A model generated the notes under the pieces. That model had not been told where the DNA came from. It was given only the letters and a program-made list of their open reading frames with translations, and did no database searches. A stretch of DNA of 64,000 bases, from positions 48,918,001-48,982,000 of the forward strand of contig JAGIQG010000014.1 of NCBI GenBank assembly GCA_024679065.1, read 5' to 3'. Origin of the DNA: Sphyrna mokarran. Taxonomy: Eukaryota. Both the position numbers and the translations under genes were made by a program. Positions within the stretch are counted from its first letter, which is position 1. The number at the start of each line of letters is the position of its first letter. Below, piece after piece: positions 53,223 through 64,000 of the stretch.

Positions 53223-53989
53223 ATACTGATGGCCAAAGTCAGACCACCCATCTGGCATCCCATAGACCCTAATAGAGCAAGCCCACATTCAACAATCTGG
53301 CAACCCCATCTCATGATGGCTTACTTGCTGGTTTACTGTAAACATTACCAACTGCAACATGGTAACTAACCCGAGTGATGAGGTCAGAGTTTTGACCTTT
53401 CATGGATTATCTGGACAACCCTCAACCACTTGAGTACAGGCCAGGAAAGATGTGGCCACAAGTAGAATGTGAGGAACAGCTCAAATTGTGATTATGGCCA
53501 TCCACATCAGACAATTTCTCATATCATAGAATCTTACAGTGCAGAAGAGGCCCAGCTAGTCCATACCGACTCATGAGAAGCACCTGAACCCCCACATATC
53601 CATTCCTATTGACATCACAATGATTTACATTGTCAGCTGAAGCCATTGATTGGTTTGTTAACATCAACAGCGAACAATTACTGCTTCCCTAGTCATGCGC
53701 ATAAAAAATGTTAAATGTAAGTATGTTGTTTCTTCTGGCATGTCTCAAGCTCTCTTGTGCATATTATAGTTTTTGATTGCCTCTTACTGTGTAGAATATA
53801 AATAATTTTTATAGCTGTTATCCTGAATTAAAGAGCCTAAAAATTCCACTCATTTGAAATCATTTACCTTTTATATATAGACCATAGAACATTATTGTGA
53901 GAAGTGACACAGATCACTGAGTGATGGAGTTCTTAATTGGATGCATTCAGTTAGAGGATTTTTCAAGGAGTTTGACATACCTGTGGCAA

Positions 53990-54335
53990 TGAATCATTTG
54001 ATTGGCACTTCATCCACTCCCTGACTCATCGGTATACTCTGACTGCAATGTGCACTGTTTATTCCAAAGGGTTCTTCTACAGCAGTTCCCAAACCATGAC
54101 CACCTCCGCCCAGGATAGGGGCAAATGTTACATGGGAACACCTCACTTCCAAGTGACATGCCATCCTGACTTGGGCACGTATCTCTATCCCTGTATTGTT
54201 GCTGAAATAAAATCCAGTGTAGGAGCATCTTCATCACATGTACTGCAGTGGTCCAAGAAGATAGTTCACTACCATTTTTTCAAGCAATTAAGAATGGACA
54301 ATAGATAATGCAGGTGCAACAATGTTCACATCTTT
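53990..54335 (+). mobile_element. L2/CR1-like LINE 3' fragment
   Basis: Same 3' region as 57215-57870. Confidence 0.6.
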
Positions 54336-54445
54336 TGAAGGAATTTTAAAATATGGCTTGTCTGGCAAGAGCAGTTTCATTTTTAGACTCCTTTCTCTGT
54401 AATATGGTATTAGTGTAATGATTCTGTTGTCACATCTCTTTGAAA

Positions 54446-55041
54446 CACGAACAAAGAACAAAACAGCACGGGAAACAGGCCCTTTGGCCCAACGAGCCAA
54501 AAGGGCTCGCCGCCGCCCCGATGTTCCCATCTCTACCCGCAATCCCTGTCCATGTTTATAGATCTATGGATTAAAAACCAAATTTGAGACAATTTAGGGA
54601 GAATTTGTTTTGCCAATTAGACTAAGAGCACATCTTTGGGATGTGGGAGGAAACCGGAGCTCCCGGAGAAAACCCACGCAAGCATGGGGAGAATGCGCAA
54701 ACTCCCACAGACACATCAGACACAGGCCCAAATCCATGTATCTGCACAGCACAGCGATACTCTGAGCTTTCGTGTTGCCCATCAGAAGGTCCAGGTCAAG
54801 CATATACTAACAACTCTCGAAAAAGATCCAAGAGCAGTCCTCTCACGACCCATCGCGAGTATGCCCCTCATTAGACAACAAGGTGGACCAAAGCACCTGT
54901 AGGATAAAAACAAATACATCAATATCATCATCTATTTACACACTTCCCAGGGACTCCCAAGGCTCATGATCCCTATTTTAAATCAGTTTTCTATACCCCT
55001 CCATTCCCATTCTGTTCATGTGCCCATCTAAGTATTTCTTA
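54446..55041 (-). mobile_element. 5'-truncated CR1 with a long 3' UTR containing a V-SINE-derived segment
   Basis: Minus strand: KKYLDGHMNRMGMEGY (ORF2 end), ~530 nt UTR with V-domain at ~54625-54710, then ttgggccaaagggcctgtttcccgtgctg stem and ttgttctttgttc tail. Confidence 0.75.
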
Positions 55042-56039
55042 CCTCTACCTTGAATTTCTACCTCGTGAGAAGAACTTTTTCTCTCTGACAGTTGTTAGTC
55101 CATGAAATTCTCTCCCCTTGAGAGCAGTGGAAACAGGGTCACTGAATATTTTAAGGCTGAATGAGATAGATTCTTGATTGACAAGGGAGTCAAAGATTAT
55201 GGGGGTAGACAGGAAAGTAGAGTTGAACTACAATCAGAGCAGCTGTGAGCTTAAGTGCCAGAGCAGACTTGAGGGTTTAAATGAACTATTCCTGCTCTTC
55301 CACATCCATCTGCATTACCGCTGCCTCCCCGCTTCTCCCTTTCAGCACTGACTTTCTGTACCAGGAAGGTCTTGGGGACGATGTGAGATAGCTTATTTCT
55401 ATTCACTTCAAATTCCCTTGATTAGAAAATGGAATGTGTGTTGTTAGAAATTAATACTTACCAATAAATGACTGAATTGATTTCTAACATCTTAATATAA
55501 TTTTTATTTCAGCAGACTCTGAAATTCTTTGTAAAGACACAACAAATGTCCTTCTACTGATATTTGTCTTTCTGCCAACAAAGACTTCAAGAAGGCAGAT
55601 TCCTGTTTCCTTTCCGAAAGAATTGTGTTAGTCTATGTACAAAGGTTAATGTAATCTTAATAACTTGGAAATACTTTATAGGAATTTCTATGAACTTGAC
55701 ACTTTCTGGTTAATTGATTCAACATTCTGGGAATTTGTTCTGCTTTTGTGAACACTAAATATGAAGAAAAATAATTGCAACTTTAAGTATCTTTTCTTCT
55801 ATGTTGTCAAAAGCTGTGCATTATTTGGAGAAGGTTATTTGATTAGTGCTAACATTTCGATTGCTTTTGCTTTGGTTTTTATATTTATTTGGTTTTGAAA
55901 AGTTATGTAGTGTTCCTTAGAATATTTGTAAGTTGATCATAAACCTTAAGTATTGGACATCTTTATTGATTCTGAACATTTTGGATCAATTATCTGGTAC
56001 AAATGATGATAAAAGGCTGAGAAATTAACTGCCACAGAC

Positions 56040-59000
56040 AGCAAGTGTTCAGGATTGTAGATGGATTGCCATCAAGAAAGATAGGAAGAGGCAGAAAGTA
56101 CAGGAATCTTCAAGGTGTGTACCACTCCCAAATGGAACTCTGTATTGGACTAGTTAGTCATGGCAACAATTTGAATGTGTGCAGTCCAGCCCAGGATACG
56201 AGTGGACAAGGAACTGCAGAATAGGGAACAGCAAAATGTAGAAATGTAGGAATAGGAGATTCCACAGATGGGGGACTGATAGGATTTCTGTAATTGTCAC
56301 TTGGTATGTTTTCTTTCTAGTGCCAGAGTAAGGGACGCCATGGAAATGGTGCAGAATATTTTGCAGTGGGAATGGGAGTAAGCCATAAGTTTTGGAACAT
56401 ATTAATACTAATGATGTAAAGATGGAAAGATATTGAGGTCCTATGTCAGATGTTCAGGACGTAGAGGGAAGAAGGAAAATAAATAAAATGTCAAGAGTAG
56501 TAAGCTTTGGAACATAGGGAAGATCGTTGTGTGTCTTGAGGCATGGTGCAGTAGTGGGGGGCTTCAGATATGGAGGGCATTGGGATCAGTTCTGAGGCTG
56601 AGGGCATTTACTCAAAAGGGACAGCTCGCATTTCAATAGGGTTGGTACCTCGTATGGAGATTCACCAGTGTGGTTGGATGGGTTGAAACTAAACTGGCAA
56701 GGAACTGGTGACCAGTACATAAGTGTGAAACAGGAATAAGATGCATAAAATAAATGTGTTGGGCAATACTAAAGAAAGGAGTAGCCCCGTATTGGATGGA
56801 GTGGATGAGGAAGGACTATGAGGGATGAAAGGATGTTGTTACAATGTATATATTAAATGCACAATGTATGATGAATGAGGTTGGTGACACAAATATCATG
56901 GGAACATAACGTAGTAGCAATGACTGAAGCTTGACTTAAAAATGGTTTGGATGGTGGGATGGCAATATTGATTAGGGAAAACATTGTAGAGTTGAAATTA
57001 TAGGATGTTCTTGAAAAACCAAAGAGAAAATCAATTTGCATAAAAGAATTGAGAAGCAAAAAGAGTATGGGTACATTATTGAGGGTATTTATTGGCCTCC
57101 AAATATCGGCAGAAGTAGGTGAGCAAATTTTCAGGGAATCACAGAGAAGTGCAAGAACTATGAAGTGGTGATATTGGGTCACTTAACACGATCCCAATTG
57201 ACATTTGAGTGATTAAAGTAAAATTCGCATCACACAAGTGCTAGGCAATGACCGTCGCCAACAAGAGAGGATTTAACCATCGCCTCTTGACATTCCCCCA
57301 CTATCAACATTTGGGTGTTATTAATGACCAGAAACTGAACTGGAACCTTATAAATACTGTGTCTGGAACTGATCAAAGACGAGGAATTCTGAGGCAAGTA
57401 ACTCATCTGATTCCCTAAAGCCTGTCCACCATCCACAATGTACAAGTCCACAATGTTATGGAATATTCTGCACAACACCCAAGAATCTTGACACCATCCA
57501 GGACAAAGCAGCTCGCTTTGCTATTTTTCCACAAACATTCAATCCCTCCACCAGTGATGAACAGTGGCAGCCTTGTATACGATTTACAAGATGCTCTGCC
57601 AGAATTTACCAATGTTCCTTGGGCAGCATTTTCCAAGCCCACGACCACTTTCATCTAGAAGCACAGGAGCAGCAAATATCTGGGAATATCACTAGCTGGA
57701 GGGACCCCTCCAAGTCACCCACCTTTATCATCCTGGGGAAATCAAAGGAAAAAGATTCCTTTGTTTCATTGTTGCTGGGTCAAAATCCTGAAATTCTTGG
57801 AAAATATATTGCCTTTCATTCACTGTTGCTGGATCAAAATTTTGGAATTCCTTCCGTTACTGCACGGTGAGTGTACCTACACCAACAGAGGATTTTCATA
57901 GTAACTTCATTGCAGAGGACTTGTATCCATGGGGAGGAGGGGTGGGTGGAGATAATGTTTGCCATATTTCCAGCCTTCCCTAGATACAGGGGAGGTGATG
58001 GAGGCATGACAGGTGTCAACTGAGAGTCCCTTATGTAAGGATTGATGTAAGGATAGTCCTAGTAACTACCAGCCAGTTAGTTTAATGTGTGTAGTTAAAG
58101 TTTGAGGAACAATCAGGGAAAATAATTAGCAGGCACTTGGCGAGGTTTGAGTTAATTAAGGATAATTCAAATCTTGCCAAAATTTTTATAAATCCATGGA
58201 TTTATAAAAAAACAGATTTTGTTTTGATGAACTAACAAATAAGGTTGATGAAGGGAATTCAGTGGTGTTGGTTGTATGGTGTTTTAAGGAATCATTTGAT
58301 AGAAGTACCACTTAAGGGGCTGGTTAACAAAATTGAGCTTCACAGAAGGGTCATTGTCAATTTAAATATAAAAATTGGCTGAAGGACAGCAGATCATGAT
58401 GAATGCTTTGTAAGAATGGAGGATGGTAGACAACAGTGTTCCTCAAGGCTTAGTGCTCAGACCACTTTTGCAATATATAAATGACTTGGATATTGGAATG
58501 CAGAATAAAATCTCAAAATTTGCCTGTGATAGCAAACATAGAGGAATGGCAGACACTGAGGATAATGCTAATGGGAGGCACTTAGGATGATGCTAATTAG
58601 TTCCAAAAGCACATAAATAGGGAAGCAGAATTAGCAGACAGTTGTCAAATAAAATTTACAACTGAGAAGTGTAAGATGATGAATTTTGGCAGAAGCGGTA
58701 CGGAGAGCAAGATAGATTCAATGGCACAGCTGTCCATAATGTGCAGGGGCATAGGAACCAGGGGGTCTATGTGCAAAGATCTTTGAAGGTAGGACATACT
58801 GAAAGAATATTTAGCAAACCATATGGCAAACATACATAGAGCTATTGAGTAAAAACCAGGGAAGTTATGTTAATTCTGTATAGCTTGGTGATTATTCCAT
58901 AACTAGAGTGTTGCATCCAGTTCTAGTCATCATACTCAAGGTCGGATGTCAAGTTCTTTGAGACGATGCCGAGGAGAATTATCAGAATGGTTTCAGAGAT

Positions 59001-59590
59001 GGGGTATTTTAATTGCAAGGTTAGATTGCATAAGCTAGAATCTTCATAGAATCCTATATTGCTGAAGGAGACCATTTGGCCCAGTGAGTCTGTACTAACC
59101 ACAATCCCATGCAGGCTGTATTTCCAGAACCCCAGACATTTACCCTAGCTAGTCCCCCGACACTAAAAGGCAATTTAGCATGGCCAATCCACCTAACCCG
59201 CACATCTTTGGACTTTTTGGAGCAAATGCAATTGAGGGGAGATTTGATAGAGGTGTGCAACAATTTGAATGGTTTGATAAACCAGACAGGAAAAACTGTT
59301 TTTATTGGCTGATGGTACAGGACTATGGAACACAGATTTAAGATTTTGGGTGAGAAATGGAGGGGGAAATGTGAAGAGGAACATTTTTCCTGCATCAAGC
59401 TGGAACTTGCTGCCACCAAGGGAAGTGGAAGCAGCAATGGTCAATGATTTTGTAAGTGATTTGGATTTAGGAGAAATAGACTTGCAGAGCAATGGAGGTA
59501 CAGCAAAGAAATTGGATTGACTCAATTGCTCCACTGAGAACCAGCATGGACTGAGTGAGCTGAATATCTTTCGTGATTTACCTTATGACT
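56040..59590 (+). mobile_element. Near-full-length degenerate CR1 (ORF1 esterase, endonuclease, RT) with nested L2-like fragment (~57215-57870) and minus HE1 piece (~59045-59215)
   Basis: VGIGDS (SGNH esterase, ~56250), VVAMTEA, VPQGLVL, LECCIQF, LRGDLIEV. Confidence 0.8.
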
Positions 59591-60058
59591 TTCTGAACAT
59601 ATTAAGTCCTGTTAATCATTTTGCTCAACATCATGCTTCCTTACTGAGTGAGAATAGAATAGCCTTTTTTATTTCGTCTGGTTTCACAAACATCGTGAAT
59701 TTCTTACAGTTGATTCATTTCAGCTTTGAATCTTCTCTTAGCTCTGTTCAATAATATGTGCAACCATTGCTAACTGGTAGTTAGTTAATTTGCAGAATGG
59801 TGGAGGGATTAAAAGGTACGGTTACCATTTCCAAAAAAAGCTGAAAATATTATGAACACCCCTGTGGGATGTTTTGTAAATATAAATGGTCAAATGCTGT
59901 TACAGTCACTCATGTTTTTCCACATAATTTACTGTCATAAAATTGACATTTGGCACTTCTGTTAATAAAAACACTACTCTTTTAATTATGTTCTTTGTAT
60001 ATTCCTGTTTTATTTTTCACTTCTCTCTAAAAATATATTTTCACATTTACATAAACAG

Positions 60059-60181
60059 CAATGCCAAGTCCTCACCTCCTCGAACTGTGGAGCTGAATGA
60101 AGATGATAAGGATCAGGCCCCAGTTCCTATGAATCCTTTTCATATGACGAAAGCCTTCAAAGTCATGAATGAGCTGCGAAG
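60059..60181 (+). CDS. KLHL3: Kelch-like protein 3, second coding exon (123 nt, phase 2-2), leading into the BTB domain
   Basis: NAKSSPPRTVELNEDDKDQAPVPMNPFHMTKAFKVMNELR matches the KLHL2/KLHL3 NPxHMxKAFKVMNELR motif. Acceptor ACAG|, donor AG|GTAATG. KLHL3 preferred over KLHL2 by adjacency to hnRNP A0. Confidence 0.85.
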
Positions 60182-60769
60182 GTAATGTTTTAAAAAATAC
60201 TTTTTCTTCCTGAATTTGAATCCTTCAATCACTTCTCTTTTCTCCTCTCTTTCCCCATTTCAGATCTCTGTGTGCCATTCTCAGCTGCAGAAGGCTAACT
60301 GATTCCAAGAATTCTGCCAACATTGCTGGTTATCTTAGTGTAATTCACACTATTTTATTTTTAACCTTGAAGTATCCTAGAGAGTCCATTTTTTTTTCCA
60401 TTTGAATGGAACAGATGACTTTGAATGAAATACATGATTTAAAAATCTGAAGTGATGCAGTTAACAAGGATATTTTACACAACAATTGTTTTCAAAAAGC
60501 TAACGATGTGGATGCAACCTATAGATAAAATACCTCTCATAATAGCACTCCTCTGCAGAAAAAGCTACTTTCCCATTTATTTTGAATGGACACAGTCAAG
60601 TCTACTGGCAGCCTACTTCATCTTCCAATGTGTATTCATATTCTGGGTCAATGTGGCTACCAGCAGGGTGTTGTCATTTTGGGACCTTTCTAGCTTTCAT
60701 TCTTTAGAATTTTCTTCTTTGTTTTACATAATTCCCCAGTATGATTTATAACCCCCTCTGACCTTCAGA

Positions 60770-60925
60770 GTATCTTCACTAGCCTTTGGTTATTGATGAA
60801 TCTTCTCAATCTTGCCCCTCACTTAAGATATCTTGATCTTCAGGTTAGAATCATCACCAGTGAGCCTCCCCCGCTCAAAGGGGAGAAAAGACTATAGCCA
60901 TCTGGGACTATGGTGACTTTTAACT
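60770..60925 (+). mobile_element. Non-LTR retroelement 3' tail (possibly RTE-type)
   Basis: catctgggactatggtgacttt; antisense relative at ~27779-27830. Confidence 0.45.
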
Positions 60926-61257
60926 TTACTAACCTTAATAACTATTCTTAACAATCAACAAAACCTTTCCATTAATTACTTTAGCTACCTAAATTAGCCC
61001 AGGCCTTCACAGCAATTTTTTTTTTTGAAAAGCAGTGGAGCATTATATCAGACTTTGTTTAGTTAAAACTATTAACTATTTTACATGATAATTAAGCATT
61101 TAAGTCCATGGTGAATAAATAGCAATGATAAAACATGTGTATTTGCAATAGAAATTATGACTTCTCTTTAGAAGAATAGCGTGCAGTATTTTTATTAAGT
61201 CACTACTTTGAATTAGTGTGAGTGTGTGTGTCTGTGTTTGTATAAAGCACATCCAGT

Positions 61258-61700
61258 AGTCATAGAATCATAGAATGCCCTCAGTGCAGAAGGAGGCCTA
61301 TAAATCTATATTTATAGAGGAATCTATAAACGTGGACAGGGATCGCAGGTAGAGGTGGGAACATTGGGGTGACGGTGTGGGCTCGTTGGGCCGAAGGGCC
61401 TGTTTCCCGTGCTGTTTTGTTCTTTGTTCTTTGAGGCCATTCAGCCCATCAAGTCTGCACCAACCACAACCCCACCCAGGCCCTATCCCCATAACCCCAT
61501 GCATTTACCCTAGCTGTTCCCTCTGACACAAAGGGGTATTTCCAATCAGCCTAATCCACACATCTTGGACTGTGGGAGGAAAGCAGAGCACCTGGAGGAA
61601 ACCCACGCAGACACGAGGAGAATGTGCAAACTCCATAGTGACCCAAGCCGGGAATCAAACGCAGGTTCCTGGTGTTACGAGGTGCCATCATGTCACCCTA
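61258..61700 (-). mobile_element. HE1-type V-SINE with a nested + strand CR1 tail (61299-61432, TSD gaggcc)
   Basis: Antisense HE1 tail and V-domain; insert bounded by gaggcc at 61293-61298 and 61433-61438. Confidence 0.85.
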
Positions 61701-62156
61701 CACATTTCTTCTATTTCTCACTACCTTGGGATCTACACTGTTATGACTTGGCTCTGAAAAATAAAATTGATTTCTCTAATTGACCCCAAGTATTTTAAAA
61801 CATTTGAAGGCACTTTGTGGATTTAAATCACTGAGAGCTCTATAAAGGAGCTGCGAGTCACAGAACAAGCAAACCATTCATGCAGCATTATTTATGCATA
61901 AATTGTGTGGCTTGATTCCTCCCTGTAGTTTGCAATCTTGGAGACAACCTGACGAAACCTTGCAATATTTATATTGATTTAGGTAGGGTTCAAGATTTTA
62001 ACAGGACCTGGCTTTTAAATTTGTGTGTTTGGGCTGGATTTAGAGTGTTGTGATATGATTTAAAACAACAACTATCAATCCAAAACTAAACACTTGAAAT
62101 AAAAGCAGAAAATGCTGGATAAATTCAATAGATCTGGCATCATTTATGGCAGCTAT

Positions 62157-63362
62157 GATGTGGAGATGATGTGGGATAAACGCAATAAGAAGTCTCACAA
62201 CACCAGGTGAAAGACCAACAGGTTTATTTGATAGCAAAAGCCACTAGCTTTCAGAGCACTGCTCTTCATCAGGTGAGAGGGATTTCAGTTGACAAACAGA
62301 GTGTATAAGACACAAACTCTATTTACAAACTAATGGTTGGAATGCGCGTCTTTACAGATAATTAAGCTTTAAAAGTACAGGCAACGTAGGTGGGGAGAGT
62401 GTTTAGCACAGGTTAAAGAGATGTGTATTGTCTGACTGCATTGACCTCCTCAGAAGACAAACATAGGACACGGCACAGAGTACCCATTGTCGTCCAATAC
62501 TTTCCCGAAGAGCTACAACATCTTCTCCAGAGCTTTCAATATGTCATTGATGAAGATGAACATTTCGCCAAGACCATCACTATACCACCACTTCTTGCCT
62601 TCAAACAATCGCACAACCTCAAACAGACTATTGTCTGCAGCAAACTACCCAGCCTTCAGGAGGACATTGACCACAATACCATACAGCCTTGCCACAGCAA
62701 CCTCTGCAAGACATGCTGGATCATCTCACATGAGAATACCATCTACCAGGTACACAACACGTATGCTTGCAACTCCGCCAACGTTGTCTACCTGATGCGC
62801 TGCGGGAGAGGATGTTCCTAGGCATGGTGCATTGGGGAGACCATGCAGACACTACGACAAAGGATGAATGAACACTGTTCGACAGTCACCAGGAAAATGT
62901 TCTCTTCCTGTTGCAGAACACTTCAGCGGTCACAGGCATTCGGCCTCTGATCTTTGGGTAGGTGTTCACCAAGGCAGCCTTCACAACGCACAATAACACA
63001 GAGTCGCTGAGCAGAGACTGATATCCAAGTTCCGAACGCATGAGGATGACCTCAATCAGAATCTTGATTCATGTCACGCTATCTGTAATCCCACAGCTTG
63101 CAAAATCTCACTAACTGTCCTGTCTGAAGACAATACACACTTCTTTAATCTATGCTTAACCCTCTCTACACTCACATTGTCTGTACTGTTAAGACTTGAT
63201 TATCTCCAACCATTATTTTGTAAATTGAGTTTGGGTCTTTATACACCCTGTTTGTGAACTGAAATTCCACTCACCTGATGAAGGAGCAGCGCTTTGAAAG
63301 CTAGTGGCTTTTGCTACCAAATAAACCTGTTGGACTTTAACCTGGTGTTGTGAAACTTCTTA
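62157..63362 (+). mobile_element. Penelope element: inverted 5' pLTR, GIY-YIG endonuclease region, 3' pLTR; nested in a second Penelope-family pLTR (~62098-63412)
   Basis: RVPIVVQYFP...CHSNLCKTC...CNSANVVYLMRC..GC then IGET; 62185-62435 is the inverse of 63130-63362. Confidence 0.9.
63268..63307 (+). ncRNA. Minimal type-I hammerhead ribozyme motif in the Penelope pLTR
   Basis: tcac-CTGATGA-aggagc agc gcttt-GAAA-gc-TA-gtgg; stem II slightly decayed. Confidence 0.55.
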
Positions 63363-63639
63363 TGTCATCTTTGGTGAAAGAAACAAGAGTTAATGTTTCG
63401 AGTCCATTTGACTCACGTACATCTAAACCATTTGCTATTCAGATATTCAGGATGAGGTTCTTTTAATCAATTTTATTGAAAAAAAAAGGGTCACAACAAT
63501 TCCACGAATGTTTAGTTTAAGGTGTGATTGAGATAACAAAGGTTATCATATGTAAAAACATATGTAAATACTATTATCTGAAATAAATCTTAAGATTAAA
63601 ACCCAACAAAATAATAGAATGATTTTACAACTAAGCCAG

Positions 63640-64000
63640 TTTTATTTCCTTCAGTGTTAGTGTAGTTTGCTGCTTTTGTGGGGAAGATTCAAACTAGGAA
63701 ACATGGTTTTAAGATAGAGATGAGGAGAAACTTATTCACCCAAAGGGTTATTAATGTGTCGAATTCTCTTTCCTAGAAAGTAGTCAAGACTGGATTTTTG
63801 AATTTATTCAAGGTAGAATTAGACAGATTTTTGCTTAAAGTGTACATATGTGAGGACAGGAAAGTAAAGCTGAGATCGGAACCAAATGATCTTATTGAAT
63901 CTTGGTAACTAGTGGAGTGCCGCAGGGATTGGTGCTGGGGCCTCAACTGTTTACCATTTACATAGATGATCTGGAGGGGGGGGTTGAGTGTAGGATAACG
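63640..64000 (+). mobile_element. CR1 3' fragment followed by a younger CR1 RT fragment running off the window
   Basis: agtggagtgccgcagggattggtgctggggcctcaactg ([13 protein letters not shown]). Confidence 0.8.

Larger units (their letters stand above)
52200..55349. repeat. Inverted duplication: arms 52200-52497 and 55046-55349
   Basis: Both arms hold the same CR1 3' fragment plus the same flanking sequence on each side (agtgctg.aagggagaagcggggaggca...; ...ggtaga.attca). Confidence 0.93.

Overview
Vertebrate genomic DNA, almost certainly an elasmobranch (shark): it carries HE1-type V-SINEs, CR1/HER1-type LINEs, Deu-domain SINEs and Penelope elements. Two genes are recognisable, both on the + strand. 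One is an intronless hnRNP A0-type gene (CDS 9559-10536) with its own CCAAT/GC/TATA/Inr promoter and polyA signal. The other is the 5' end of a KLHL3-type kelch gene (CpG-island exon 1 CDS 40345-40427, exon 2 60059-60181, phase-compatible). This is the same order and orientation as human HNRNPA0-KLHL3. Most of the rest is degenerate transposon sequence: CR1, L2-like, Rex/Babar, RTE, Penelope, SINEs, a TA-flanked MITE and a Gmr1-like Gypsy element. Most notable observations: (1) the Gypsy element has its RT/RNaseH replaced by an apparently intronless ODF2/ODF2L-like host coding fragment; (2) three 220-315 bp inverted copies of nearby DNA, each at a retroelement junction, plus many foldback palindromes; (3) a CR1 lineage whose 3' UTR contains a decayed V-SINE; (4) a chain of exon-like unique segments whose reading frame is interrupted only by TGA; (5) a size series of palindromic Penelope elements with hammerhead ribozyme cores. 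Everything was read by eye. Repeat boundaries are approximate (tens of bp), and family names and homologies are from recall, not database searches.
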